From Candidatus Sericytochromatia bacterium (GTDB lineage: Bacteria; Cyanobacteriota; Sericytochromatia; S15B-MN24; UBA4093): a stretch of 64,000 nucleotides of DNA. The translations under genes and the position numbers were made by a program. The stretch is from assembly GCA_036676985.1 (NCBI GenBank), contig JAKFBU010000048.1:1-64000 (forward strand), given 5' to 3'. The notes under the pieces were generated by a model that was not told the origin of the DNA, ran no database searches, and saw only the letters and a program-made list of their open reading frames with translations. This document shows positions 23,441 through 32,534 of this stretch, one piece after another. Each line of letters opens with the position of its first letter. Within the stretch, counting starts at the first letter, position 1.

Positions 23441-24154
23441 TTAAACCGTCGCCGCGGCGCGGGGCCGGGTGGTGCGCTGCTCGATGCGCTTCTCGTACTG
23501 GGTGCCCTTGAAGATCCGCTGGACGAAGATGCCGGGCGTGTGGACCTGATCGGGGTCGATCGAGCCCACCTCGACCAGCTCCTCGACCTCGGCGATGGTG
23601 ATCTTGCCGGCGGTCGCCATCATGGGGTTGAAGTTGCGCGCGGTCTTGCGGTAAACGAGGTTGCCCAGCGCGTCGCCGCGCCACGCCTTGACGATGGCGA
23701 GGTCGGCCTTGAGGGGAGCCTCGAGGACGTACGCGACGCCGTCGATGATCCGCGTCTCCTTGCCCTCGGCCACCTGGGTGCCGACACCCGTGCGCGTGAA
23801 GAAGCCGCCGATGCCGGCGCCGCCTGCGCGGATCCGCTCGGCGAGCGTGCCCTGGGGCACCAGCTCCACCTCGAGGTCGCCGTCCAGGAATTGCCGCTCG
23901 AAGGTCTTGTTCTCGCCGACGTAGCTCGAGATCATCTTCTTGATCTGGCGCGTCTGCAGCAAGAGGCCGAGGCCGAAGTCGTCCACGCCCGCGTTGTTCG
24001 AGATGAAGGTCAGATCCTTCACGCCGGAGTCGCGGATGGCCGCGATCAGATGCTCGGGAATGCCGCACAGGCCGAAGCCGCCGGCCATGATCGTCATGCC
24101 GTCGCGCAGCACCCCCTGGAGGGCGTCTTGCGCATTGGCCACCACCTTGTTCAT
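23441..24154 (-). CDS. scoA: 3-oxoacid CoA-transferase subunit A
   Basis: GGFGLCGIPE, SYVGEN, PQGTLAERIRAGGAGI, TARNFNP. Confidence 0.95.
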   Translation of the reverse strand: MNKVVANAQDALQGVLRDGMTIMAGGFGLCGIPEHLIAAIRDSGVKDLTFISNNAGVDDFGLGLLLQTRQIKKMISSYVGENKTFERQFLDGDLEVELVPQGTLAERIRAGGAGIGGFFTRTGVGTQVAEGKETRIIDGVAYVLEAPLKADLAIVKAWRGDALGNLVYRKTARNFNPMMATAGKITIAEVEELVEVGSIDPDQVHTPGIFVQRIFKGTQYEKRIEQRTTRPRAAATV

Positions 24155-24251
24155 GAGGGGAGCCTCCTTGGTCCGGTAAAGAACAGGTTCAGATTTGACC
24201 AAGGTTATACCATGATTCCCCGCCAGGGGCGTCCGTACGAACTGCGCGGCT

Positions 24252-24869
24252 TCAAGGCTCCGTCACGTCGACGGCCACGGCGATCGCATCCCCCGTCTGC
24301 AGCCGCTGGGCGGCGTCGAGGCCCGCGATGACGTGCCCGATGACCGTGCCCGGGTAGTAGCCGCCGGGTCCCGTGATGAGGGCGTAGGAGTGCCGGACCA
24401 GGCGGCCGTCCTCGTCCTCGAAGTCCTTGTCCATGACCAGCGATCCCGCCACCTGGGGCAGCCGGTTGTAGTCGAACCAGCCGGGCAACAGGTCGTAGCG
24501 GCCCGTGTCCACCGCGTCGTCCCAGTCCGTGTCCGGGCTGCCGAGCCGCACGTAGCGCCCCGCGTCGCGGCGCCAGATGCCCTCGCTGCGGAAGGTGCCG
24601 AGGTGCACCTCTTGCAGGAAGTGCCGCACGTAGGTCGGAGCCTCGCTCGGGAAGAGCACGATCGTGATGTCGCCCTGGGTGGTGCGCAGGACGACACGAT
24701 CGCCCAGGGCGATGGGATGGCCCGCGGCGGCCTCGAGCTCGGCGGGCAGCACGATGGGACTGGGCTGCAGCTCGGCGGGCAGGGGGCGGGGGCTCGGGCC
24801 CAGGGGGATCCACCACCGGGAGGATCCGACGGCTGCCAGGATGGCCAGCGTCACCCAGGGAAAGGCCAT
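24252..24869 (-). CDS. Divergent cyclophilin-fold protein with N-terminal hydrophobic segment
   Basis: AAGGAGG RBS; TTQGDITIVLFPSEAPTYV.HF; GSLVM; TVIGHVIAGLD. Confidence 0.7.
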   Translation of the reverse strand: MAFPWVTLAILAAVGSSRWWIPLGPSPRPLPAELQPSPIVLPAELEAAAGHPIALGDRVVLRTTQGDITIVLFPSEAPTYVRHFLQEVHLGTFRSEGIWRRDAGRYVRLGSPDTDWDDAVDTGRYDLLPGWFDYNRLPQVAGSLVMDKDFEDEDGRLVRHSYALITGPGGYYPGTVIGHVIAGLDAAQRLQTGDAIAVAVDVTEP

Positions 24870-24999
24870 GGGGGCCTCCTTTCGGCGGGGATGCGCGACG
24901 ACGTCGGCAAGGGGAGCGTGGCGGGCGGTTGCTCTTGCTCGACCGATCGTATGGGGGTTGGCCGCTGGGGGGAATGGCCGATTGGCCCGAGAGCCTTCG

Positions 25000-25028
25000 T
25001 TGACGCTGCTAGGGGCCCGGAGTACACT
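25000..25028 (+). promoter_or_regulatory. Sigma70-type promoter for a leaderless obgE transcript
   Basis: TTGACG-N17-TACACT, ATG 6 nt downstream, no SD. Confidence 0.7.
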
Positions 25029-25034
25029 GGCACC

Positions 25035-26306
25035 ATGTTTATCGATCGCGCGACTATCAAGGTGAAAAGCGGCGCGGGAGGCCCCGGAGCGGTGACCTTC
25101 CGGCGTGAGAAGTACGTTCCCTACGGCGGCCCCTCGGGCGGCGACGGCGGGAACGGGGGCTCGGTCATCCTCGAGGCCACCGAGGACCTGCAGACCCTCT
25201 TGGACTTCCGTTACAAGAAGGAGTTTGTCGCCGAGCCCGGCGGCAACGGCATGTCGAAGAACATGTACGGCAAGAACAGCCCCAACCTCACGATCCGCGT
25301 GCCGGTGGGGACGGTCGTGTACGACGCCGACTCCAACGCCCTCCTGGCGGACCTCAGCCACGCCGGCGAGACCTTCGTGGCCGCGCCCGGCGGCAAGGGC
25401 GGACGGGGCAACGCGCACTTCGCCACCCCCACCAACCGCGCTCCGCAGTACGCCGAGCCGGGCACGCCCGGCGTCGAGCTCAACCTGCGCCTCGAGCTGA
25501 AGCTCCTGGCGGACGTGGGTCTGGTGGGCCTGCCCAACGCGGGCAAGTCGACCCTCATCTCCGTCATCTCCGCGGCCAAGCCCAAGATCGCGGACTACCC
25601 CTTCACCACCCTGCAGCCGCAGCTCGGCGTCGTGCAGTACGGCGACGGCGAGCACGTCGTGGTCGCGGACATCCCGGGCCTCATCGAGGGCGCGCACACG
25701 GGGGCGGGCCTCGGCCACGAGTTCCTGCGCCACGTGGAGCGCACGCGCCTTTTGCTGCACGTGCTGGATGCCTCGGGCGGTCCCGAGGAGCGGGACCCGC
25801 TGGAGGACTGGGACACCATCAACAACGAGCTCGCGAAGTACTCGCCGGAGCTCGCCAAGCGCCCCATGGCGGCCGTGCTCAACAAGCTGGACCTGCCCAC
25901 GGCCCAGGAGAACCAGGAGCGCCTCACCAAGGCCCTCGAGGAGCGGGGCTACCCGGTGTTCACGCTGTCGGCGGCCACCCGCGAGGGCCTGCCGCCCCTC
26001 TTGAACTACATCCGGCACCGGGTGCGCGAGCTGCCGCCGCCCACGACCTTCCTGCCCACGCCGCAGGCGGCCGCCCCCGAGGCGGTCAAGCCCTTCGTCA
26101 TCACCAAGCAGAACGGCGTCTACGTGGTGCAGGGAGAGCAGGTGGAGCGCCTCCTGGCCCTGACCAACGTGGACAACCCCGAGATGCTCCTGAAGCTGCA
26201 GCGATCGCTCACGCGCATGGGCCTCAACGACGCCCTGATCGCCCATGGTATCCAGGACGGGGACGTGGTGCGGATCGGCGACATGGAGTTCGACTTCGTC
26301 GTCTAA
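25035..26306 (+). CDS. obgE: GTPase ObgE/CgtA with C-terminal OCT domain
   Basis: MFID, FRREKYVP.GGP.GGDGG, GLPNAGKST, YPFTT, DIPG, NKLD, GD.VRIG..EFDF. Confidence 0.97.
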   Translation: MFIDRATIKVKSGAGGPGAVTFRREKYVPYGGPSGGDGGNGGSVILEATEDLQTLLDFRYKKEFVAEPGGNGMSKNMYGKNSPNLTIRVPVGTVVYDADSNALLADLSHAGETFVAAPGGKGGRGNAHFATPTNRAPQYAEPGTPGVELNLRLELKLLADVGLVGLPNAGKSTLISVISAAKPKIADYPFTTLQPQLGVVQYGDGEHVVVADIPGLIEGAHTGAGLGHEFLRHVERTRLLLHVLDASGGPEERDPLEDWDTINNELAKYSPELAKRPMAAVLNKLDLPTAQENQERLTKALEERGYPVFTLSAATREGLPPLLNYIRHRVRELPPPTTFLPTPQAAAPEAVKPFVITKQNGVYVVQGEQVERLLALTNVDNPEMLLKLQRSLTRMGLNDALIAHGIQDGDVVRIGDMEFDFVV

Positions 26307-26307
26307 G

Positions 26308-27414
26308 ATGGAGCGCCTCATCGTCGTCAAGGTCGGCACCTCCACCGTCACCACGGCCCACGGCCTCAACGGCAAGGCGCTCATGCGCCTCTCGGGGGCC
26401 ATCTCGGATCTCGCCGATCGAGGCTGGCGCACGCTCGTCGTCACCTCGGGGGCGGTGGGCGCCGGCCGGGCCCGGCTCGGCATGACGGAGAAGCCCAAGA
26501 CCATCGCGGGCAAGCAGGCCGCAGCGGCCGTGGGCCAGGGCCTCCTCATGCACGCCTACGAGACCTTCCTGGCCCCGCTGGGGCTCACGAGCGCCCAGCT
26601 CCTCTTGACCCGTGCGGACCTCTCGGACCGCCAGCGCTACCTCAACGCCTCCAACACCCTGCGCGCCCTGCTCGATCAGGACGTGCGCGTGGTGCCCATC
26701 ATCAACGAGAACGACTCGGTGGCCGTCGACGAGCTCAAGTTCGGCGACAACGACACGCTCTCGGCGCTCGTCGCCCAGCTGGTCGAGGCCCGCTGGCTCG
26801 CCATCCTCTCGGACGTGGACGGCCTCTACGACAAGAACCCCACCCGGCATCCCGACGCGCGCCTGCTGACCGAGGTCGCGGACGTCACGCCCGAGATCGA
26901 GGCCCTGGCGGGCGGCTCGGGCTCGGACGTGGGGACGGGCGGCATGGTGACCAAGCTCTCTGCCGCGAAGATCGCCATCGCCTCGGGCATCCCCATGGCC
27001 CTCATGAGCGGCCAGGACCCCTCGCAACTGCTCGCTTTGGTCGAGGAAAGGCCCATCCGCGGCACCCTGTTCCGCGCCAAGGCCGATCGCCTCGAGGCCC
27101 GCAAGCGCTGGCTCGCCTACGGGGTGGCCGCCAAGGGCTCGGTCATGCTCGATGCGGGGGCGGTGAAGGCACTGGTGGAGGCGGGCAAGAGCCTGCTGCC
27201 CGCGGGCGTGCGCCAGGTCGAAGGCGAGTTCGTCGCGGGTGAGACCGTCTCCTTGCGGGACGGCGACGGCCGCGAGGTCGCCCGGGGCATCACCAACTAC
27301 GCCTCCTCGGAGCTGCGCCGGGTGCTCGGCAAGAAGAGCACCGAGGTCGAGGACGTGCTCGGCTACAAGCCCGCCGACGAGGTCGTCCACCGCGACAACC
27401 TGGTGGTGGTCTAG
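26308..27414 (+). CDS. proB: Glutamate 5-kinase with PUA domain
   Basis: VVKVGTS, SGAV, INENDSV, FGDND, GTGGMVTK, EVVHRDNLV. Confidence 0.96.
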   Translation: MERLIVVKVGTSTVTTAHGLNGKALMRLSGAISDLADRGWRTLVVTSGAVGAGRARLGMTEKPKTIAGKQAAAAVGQGLLMHAYETFLAPLGLTSAQLLLTRADLSDRQRYLNASNTLRALLDQDVRVVPIINENDSVAVDELKFGDNDTLSALVAQLVEARWLAILSDVDGLYDKNPTRHPDARLLTEVADVTPEIEALAGGSGSDVGTGGMVTKLSAAKIAIASGIPMALMSGQDPSQLLALVEERPIRGTLFRAKADRLEARKRWLAYGVAAKGSVMLDAGAVKALVEAGKSLLPAGVRQVEGEFVAGETVSLRDGDGREVARGITNYASSELRRVLGKKSTEVEDVLGYKPADEVVHRDNLVVV

Positions 27415-27488
27415 CCTTCCCATTCATGTGATACGGCGCGGGCTCCATGGGGCATGAAGCCCTTGCTTGGTATTGGAAGGAGCGCCCG

Positions 27489-28253
27489 ATGGACATCAAA
27501 CTCAAGTGGGGGGATACCCTCAGTGGCCTGGCCTCGAAGTTCGGGACGTCGGTGAAACAGCTGGCGGAGGCCAACGGTATCGCCGATCCGAACCGCATCC
27601 TGGCCGGAGCGACGCTCAAGATCGGGGGCGACAAGGCCGACACGGCCCAGGGCCAAAAGCAATACCGAGCCTACGAGGGCGTCAACGGCTCGGGCGGGGC
27701 TCCCGCCATGCCGGCGGATTTCAAGTTTCCGCTCTCGGCCGACGGGATCGCCGACGCCTTGAACCTGCCCAAGGATCAGGTCCGGGAGAACTGGCCGCAC
27801 ATCGCCAAGGCGCTCGACGAGGCCGGCATCAAGGACCCGAACGCGATCGTGGCCGTGCTCGCCACCGTCAAGACCGAGGTCCCGAACTTCGCGCCCATTC
27901 CGGAGTATGCGAGCGGAGCGGCCTACGAGGGGCGCTCCGACCTGGGCAACACCCAGCCGGGAGACGGCGAGCGCTTCAAGGGACGTGGCTTCATCCAGCT
28001 CACGGGTCGGGCCAACTACCGGGAGTACGGCCAGAAGCTCGGCATCGACCTGGAAAGCCACCCCGAGCGGGCCCTGGATCCGGAGGTCTCGGCCAAGATC
28101 CTGGTGGAGTACTTCAAGGAGCGGGGCATCCCCCAGCAGGCCGCCCAGGGGGATTGGGCCGGGGTGCGTCGGGCCGTGAACGGCGGCTTGAACGGCTATG
28201 ACACCTTCCTCCAGGCGGTGAACGACTTGCAGGGCGCCAGCCGCCTGGCCTAA
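27489..28253 (+). CDS. LysM + glycoside hydrolase family 19 (chitinase/lysozyme-like) protein
   Basis: GDTLSGLA...V.QL.EANGI.DPN.I.AG.TLKI; YEGRSDLGNTQPGDG.RFKGRGFIQLTGRANY; VNGG.NG. Confidence 0.9.
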   Translation: MDIKLKWGDTLSGLASKFGTSVKQLAEANGIADPNRILAGATLKIGGDKADTAQGQKQYRAYEGVNGSGGAPAMPADFKFPLSADGIADALNLPKDQVRENWPHIAKALDEAGIKDPNAIVAVLATVKTEVPNFAPIPEYASGAAYEGRSDLGNTQPGDGERFKGRGFIQLTGRANYREYGQKLGIDLESHPERALDPEVSAKILVEYFKERGIPQQAAQGDWAGVRRAVNGGLNGYDTFLQAVNDLQGASRLA

Positions 28254-28325
28254 CGGCCCGGTGGTTGCCAAGCGGATCCGAAACCCCTAAAATCCGAGGG
28301 CTTCCCCCCCTGCCCGGAGGCCCTC

Positions 28326-29582
28326 ATGACCGTCACGTCCCTGACCGTGCGCCAGCTCGCCGAAGCGGCGAAGGCCGCGAGCCCCGCTCTTGCCCAGGCG
28401 AGCACGGCGGTGCGCGATCGCGCCCTCCTGACCATCGCCAAGACCCTCGAGAACCACGAGGCCGCCATCCTCGAGGCCAACGAGCGCGACCTCGCGCGCG
28501 GGGCCGACGCGGGCATGGCCCCGTCCCTCCTGGATCGCCTCTCGCTCAAGAATGGCCGCATCCACGCCATGGCCGAGGGCCTGCGGGCGATCGCCGTGCT
28601 CGGCGATCCCCTGGGTGAGGTGACGGCGGGCTGGAGCCGTCCCAACGGCCTCAAGATCGAGCAGGTCCGCGTGCCCCTGGGCCTCGTCGGCTTCATCTAC
28701 GAGGCGCGCCCCAACGTCACGGTGGAGGCCACGGGCCTCTGCCTCAAGTCCGGCAACGCCGTCATCCTGCGCGGCGGCACGGCCGCATGGGAGTCCAACC
28801 GGGTGCTCATCGAGCTCATCCGGATGGGCCTCGCGAGCGTGGGCCTGCCGGGTGACGTCGTCTCCGGCGTCGAGACCCAGGACCGCGACGCGGTCGACGA
28901 GCTCTTGGGCCTCACGGGCCTCCTGGACGTCGTCATCCCCCGCGGCGGAGCGAGCCTCATCCAGCGGGTCATCGAGAAGGCCCGCGTGCCCGTGATCGAG
29001 ACGGGCACGGGCAACTGCCACGTCTACGTGGACGAGCGCGCCGACCTCGAGATGGCCGAGCGCATCGTCCTCAACGCCAAGTGTCAGCGGCCGGGCGTCT
29101 GCAATGCCGCCGAGAGCCTTTTGGTCCACGGGTCCCACGCCGCGACCTGGCTGCCCCGGATGCTCCAGGCCCTCGGCGAGGCGGGCGTCGAGGTGCGGGG
29201 TGACGCGCGGGCGGTCGCCGCCTATCCCGCGGCCGTGCCCGCCACCGAGGCGGACTGGGCGACCGAGTTCCTGGACCGGATCCTCTCGGTCAAGGTCGTC
29301 TCCTCGCTCGACGAGGCGATCGCCCACATCAACCGCTACGGCACCCGCCACTCCGAGGCCATCGTCACCGAGGACTACCGCGCTTCCGAGCGCTTCTTGA
29401 ACGAGGTGGACGCCGCGGCCGTCTACGTCAACGCGAGCACGCGCTTCACCGACGGCGGCGAGTTCGGCTTCGGGGCCGAGGTGGGCATCTCGACCCAGAA
29501 GCTGCATGCCCGCGGGCCCATGGGCCTCAAGGAGCTCACGACCACCAAGTACCTGATCCGGGGCACCGGGCAGACCCGCTGA
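28326..29582 (+). CDS. proA: Gamma-glutamyl phosphate reductase
   Basis: RVPLG...IYEARPNVT, GNAVILRGG, VCNAAE, VNASTRFTDG.EFG.GAE.GISTQKLHARGPMGL. Confidence 0.97.
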   Translation: MTVTSLTVRQLAEAAKAASPALAQASTAVRDRALLTIAKTLENHEAAILEANERDLARGADAGMAPSLLDRLSLKNGRIHAMAEGLRAIAVLGDPLGEVTAGWSRPNGLKIEQVRVPLGLVGFIYEARPNVTVEATGLCLKSGNAVILRGGTAAWESNRVLIELIRMGLASVGLPGDVVSGVETQDRDAVDELLGLTGLLDVVIPRGGASLIQRVIEKARVPVIETGTGNCHVYVDERADLEMAERIVLNAKCQRPGVCNAAESLLVHGSHAATWLPRMLQALGEAGVEVRGDARAVAAYPAAVPATEADWATEFLDRILSVKVVSSLDEAIAHINRYGTRHSEAIVTEDYRASERFLNEVDAAAVYVNASTRFTDGGEFGFGAEVGISTQKLHARGPMGLKELTTTKYLIRGTGQTR

Positions 29583-30256
29583 TGGGCCTGCGCATCGGCC
29601 TCTTCGGCGGCTCCTTCGACCCCTTCCACCTGGGCCACCTGATGGTGGCCGAGGTGGCGCTCGCGGAGGCGGGCCTCAACCGCCTCATCGTCCTGCCTGC
29701 TCGCGTCAGCCCTCACAAGCAGGAGACCCCGCCCGCTCCTGCCGAGGAGCGGTGGCTCATGAGCGTGCTCGGCACGCTGGAGGACCCGCGGATCGAGGTG
29801 GCCCGCTGGGACCTCGACCGGGAGGGCCCGAGCTACACCTACGAGACCGTGGCCTGGGCGCACGGGCACTTCGGGCCGGAGACGGACCTCTACTGGATCA
29901 TCGGGGCGGACAACGTCGCCCAACTCATGGCGTGGCACCGGGCCGCGGAGCTGCTTGGGCTGTGCCGCTTCCTGGTGGTCCCGCGCGGCATTCTGCACGG
30001 CGCGGCCCTCCAGGCGGAAATCGACCGGAGCCTCCCGGCGTCGTTCCGCGATCGCGTCCGACCCCTGCCCATGGAGCCCATCGGCATCTCGAGCACCGAG
30101 GTGCGATCGCGGGCCCGGGAGGGCGATGCGTTCGCCGCCATGCTCCCTCGGTTGACCGCCCAATATCTCGAACGTTACAATTGCTACCGCCCCATGCGGC
30201 CCGCGGGCCCGGTTGGCGACCCTTCCGGCCCCACCCCCCTGCCAGACGGACGATGA
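29582..30256 (+). CDS. nadD: Nicotinate-nucleotide adenylyltransferase
   Basis: GGSFDPFHLGH, SPHK, SYT, IIGAD, ISST. Confidence 0.93.
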   Translation: MGLRIGLFGGSFDPFHLGHLMVAEVALAEAGLNRLIVLPARVSPHKQETPPAPAEERWLMSVLGTLEDPRIEVARWDLDREGPSYTYETVAWAHGHFGPETDLYWIIGADNVAQLMAWHRAAELLGLCRFLVVPRGILHGAALQAEIDRSLPASFRDRVRPLPMEPIGISSTEVRSRAREGDAFAAMLPRLTAQYLERYNCYRPMRPAGPVGDPSGPTPLPDGR

Positions 30257-30873
30257 TTACGCAAGACGAGACGATCAAGGCCCACCTCGACCAGACGTTG
30301 TCGGCGAAGCGGGTCAGCCATATCCTGCGCGTGGCCGAGACGGCGCGCGATCTCGCCGCCCGGCACGGCCAGGATCCCCGCAAGGCCTACACGGCCGCCC
30401 TCCTGCACGACCTCGCGCGGGAGACGCCGGGCCATGTCCTCCTGGCGGAGTGCCGCCGCCGGGGCGTGACCCTCCTGCCCATCGACGAGATCAACCCCAT
30501 GCCGCGCCTGCATGGGCGGCTCGGGGCCCTCTGGGCCGAGGAGCGCTTCGGGATCACGGACCCCGAGATCCTGGAGGCCATCGCGAGCCATACGCTGGGG
30601 CGGGTCGGCATGGGCCCGCTCGAGATGATCGTCTTCCTTTCCGACTACGCCGAGCCGGGACGCGAGCCGCACCCGGGGCTCGCGGAGTCCCGGGAGGTCT
30701 GGGACAAGGACCTCTCGCTAGCCACGCGGATCGCGATGGATTACACTATTAGGCATCTAGTGGATAAGAAGCGCGCCCTGCATCCGCAGATGGTGGAGGC
30801 GCGCAACTGGATCCTCATCAAGGCCGGTGGGGATACCGAAGCAGGAGGTTCAAAGGTTGATCGACAGCCGTAA
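30253..30873 (+). CDS. yqeK: HD-domain Ap4A hydrolase YqeK
   Basis: R..H..RV, LLHDLA, LHG, AI.SHT.G, SDY.EPGR; follows nadD. Confidence 0.9.
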   Translation: MITQDETIKAHLDQTLSAKRVSHILRVAETARDLAARHGQDPRKAYTAALLHDLARETPGHVLLAECRRRGVTLLPIDEINPMPRLHGRLGALWAEERFGITDPEILEAIASHTLGRVGMGPLEMIVFLSDYAEPGREPHPGLAESREVWDKDLSLATRIAMDYTIRHLVDKKRALHPQMVEARNWILIKAGGDTEAGGSKVDRQP

Positions 30874-31222
30874 GTGGGCTGAAATCGCCGCCGAGGCGGC
30901 CGACGACAAGAAGGCCAGCCAGATCACGCTCATCGACGTGGAGTCCGTCTCCAGCGTCACGGACTACTTTCTCGTGTGCTCGGGGAACACCCCGATCCAG
31001 GTCAAGGCGATCGCCGACAACATCGAGGAGAAGCTGGCCGAGGCCGGCGCCAACGTCCCCCACGTGGAGGGCGCGTCGATCGGGCGCTGGGTGCTCCTGG
31101 ACTTCGGCGTCCTCGTCGTGCACGTCATGCTCGACAAGGAGCGTGAGTTCTACAACCTGGAGCGCCTCTGGAGCCACGGCAAGGTGACTCCCTGGCCCGC
31201 TCCGCGGGCCGTCGGCGCGTAG
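30857..31222 (+). CDS. rsfS: Ribosome silencing factor
   Basis: DDKKA..I, DYF.VCSG, EG....WVLLDFG...VH.M....REFYNLERLW. Confidence 0.95.
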   Translation: MIDSRKWAEIAAEAADDKKASQITLIDVESVSSVTDYFLVCSGNTPIQVKAIADNIEEKLAEAGANVPHVEGASIGRWVLLDFGVLVVHVMLDKEREFYNLERLWSHGKVTPWPAPRAVGA

Positions 31223-31237
31223 CGCGATTTTTTCCAA

Positions 31238-31279
31238 GCCAAAGGGGCCCGTTCGCTGCTGCGAACGGGCCCCTTTGGC
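31238..31279. terminator. Bidirectional hairpin
   Basis: GCCAAAGGGGCCCGTTCGC-TGCT-GCGAACGGGCCCCTTTGGC. Confidence 0.8.
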
Positions 31280-31285
31280 CGTCGG

Positions 31286-31750
31286 CTACTCCGCCCGGAC
31301 CGGCATGGCCTCGCGGGCGGTGATCTTGGGGCGCGTCTGCGGCTCCACCGGCTCGGCCGTCCGGCTCGGCTTGCCGCGCTGGTCGGCCATGTACCGGAAG
31401 GCGCCCTGCAGGCCCGCCACCAGGCTCGCCGCCTGGATGACGACCGGCTGCGCCACCGACTTGTTCAGCAGCACCGTCGTCTGGCCGATGGCCTGGACCG
31501 CCGTGTTCGCGGCTTCCACCGCCTGGTCCAGCTTGTCGAGCTTCTCGTTGACGTCGACCGTGATCTGATCGACGTGTCCGAGGTTGCTCTCGGCCTCCTT
31601 GAGGATGGTCTGGATCTGCGGGACGAACACCGAGCGCGCCTGGGCCACCAGGAGGCTCACCTGCCAGAGCACGACCGCCAGCAAGCCACCGACGACCAGC
31701 ACCGCGACCGTCAGCACGACGTAGAGGATATTGAGGGGGGTCAGCTCCAA
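31286..31750 (-). CDS. TM + coiled-coil protein, DUF948/YoxC-like
   Basis: N-terminal TM, then heptad helix (ITVDVNEKLDKLD.AVEA); AAAGGAGG RBS, TTG start. Confidence 0.65.
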   Translation of the reverse strand: MELTPLNILYVVLTVAVLVVGGLLAVVLWQVSLLVAQARSVFVPQIQTILKEAESNLGHVDQITVDVNEKLDKLDQAVEAANTAVQAIGQTTVLLNKSVAQPVVIQAASLVAGLQGAFRYMADQRGKPSRTAEPVEPQTRPKITAREAMPVRAE

Positions 31751-32054
31751 GGCGGGCCTCCTTTCCAGTCCAAGCAGGGCGCCGAGTCAGCGCCGGGGAG
31801 ACCCGTCTGAGGGTCCAGGGGAACCGTAACAAAACGTTACATTGGCTGTCAACGCTTCCAGGCTCGGTCCTTCGAGGGGGGCTCGATAGAGGAGCGCTCG
31901 CCGGGGTACGAGCATTTTACCCCGCCGCGTCCCGTTCCTTCCTTGATATGATTGCCTTTTGTTCGGGCGCGTGGCATCATAGCCCCGCAAGCCCCGGTTG
32001 CGCGGTCGTCGCGGCCGGATCCGCGGCCTCCCCGACCGGTCCACGAGGTACAGT

Positions 32055-32525
32055 ATGGCATTCGAGAACCTGCGCCCGTTTCTCCTGGAGATCCCGCTCT
32101 TGAGTCAGGCGATCGAGGCCGAGCTCGCGGGCGCTCCGCCTGCCTCCGCCAACTCCGACGACATCCGCAAGGCCTACGAGGCCGCCACGCAGCGGGCCTT
32201 CGAGTTCCTCAAGGCCGAGAACCTCCCGTACGCCATCATCACCTACCCCGAGTTCGTGGGCAGCTGCCCCGAGTGCGGTGCGGAGGTGCCCGGCGCCTAC
32301 TGGGAGCTCAACAACCCCAAGGGCAAGGGGACGAGCGTGCCCTTCAAGGCCCTGCACGTCTTCGTCGAGCACGGCAAGCTCGAGTACCTGGAGCCCATCA
32401 CCAACCTCGCGGGCACGGTCATCGGCCACCACCCGCTCCGGTTCGACGTGGCGGCCGTCAAGCAAGTGCTCGCCGGCATCCCCCTGCCCCCGGAGGTCGA
32501 GGCCGACCTCCAGGCGATCGCCTAG
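32055..32525 (+). CDS. Hypothetical protein with CxxC and HxxxxH motifs
   Basis: SCPECG, ALHVFVEHG; GAGG RBS; 9 nt upstream of pilT-like gene. Confidence 0.75.
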   Translation: MAFENLRPFLLEIPLLSQAIEAELAGAPPASANSDDIRKAYEAATQRAFEFLKAENLPYAIITYPEFVGSCPECGAEVPGAYWELNNPKGKGTSVPFKALHVFVEHGKLEYLEPITNLAGTVIGHHPLRFDVAAVKQVLAGIPLPPEVEADLQAIA

Positions 32526-32534
32526 GAGGTCCCC

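Noticed and set aside
27489-28253. Prophage lysis cassette
   Set aside because: No holin, spanin, integrase or structural genes; host-like composition
31826-31840. NtcA binding site
   Set aside because: Spacing is GTA-N9-TAC, not N8
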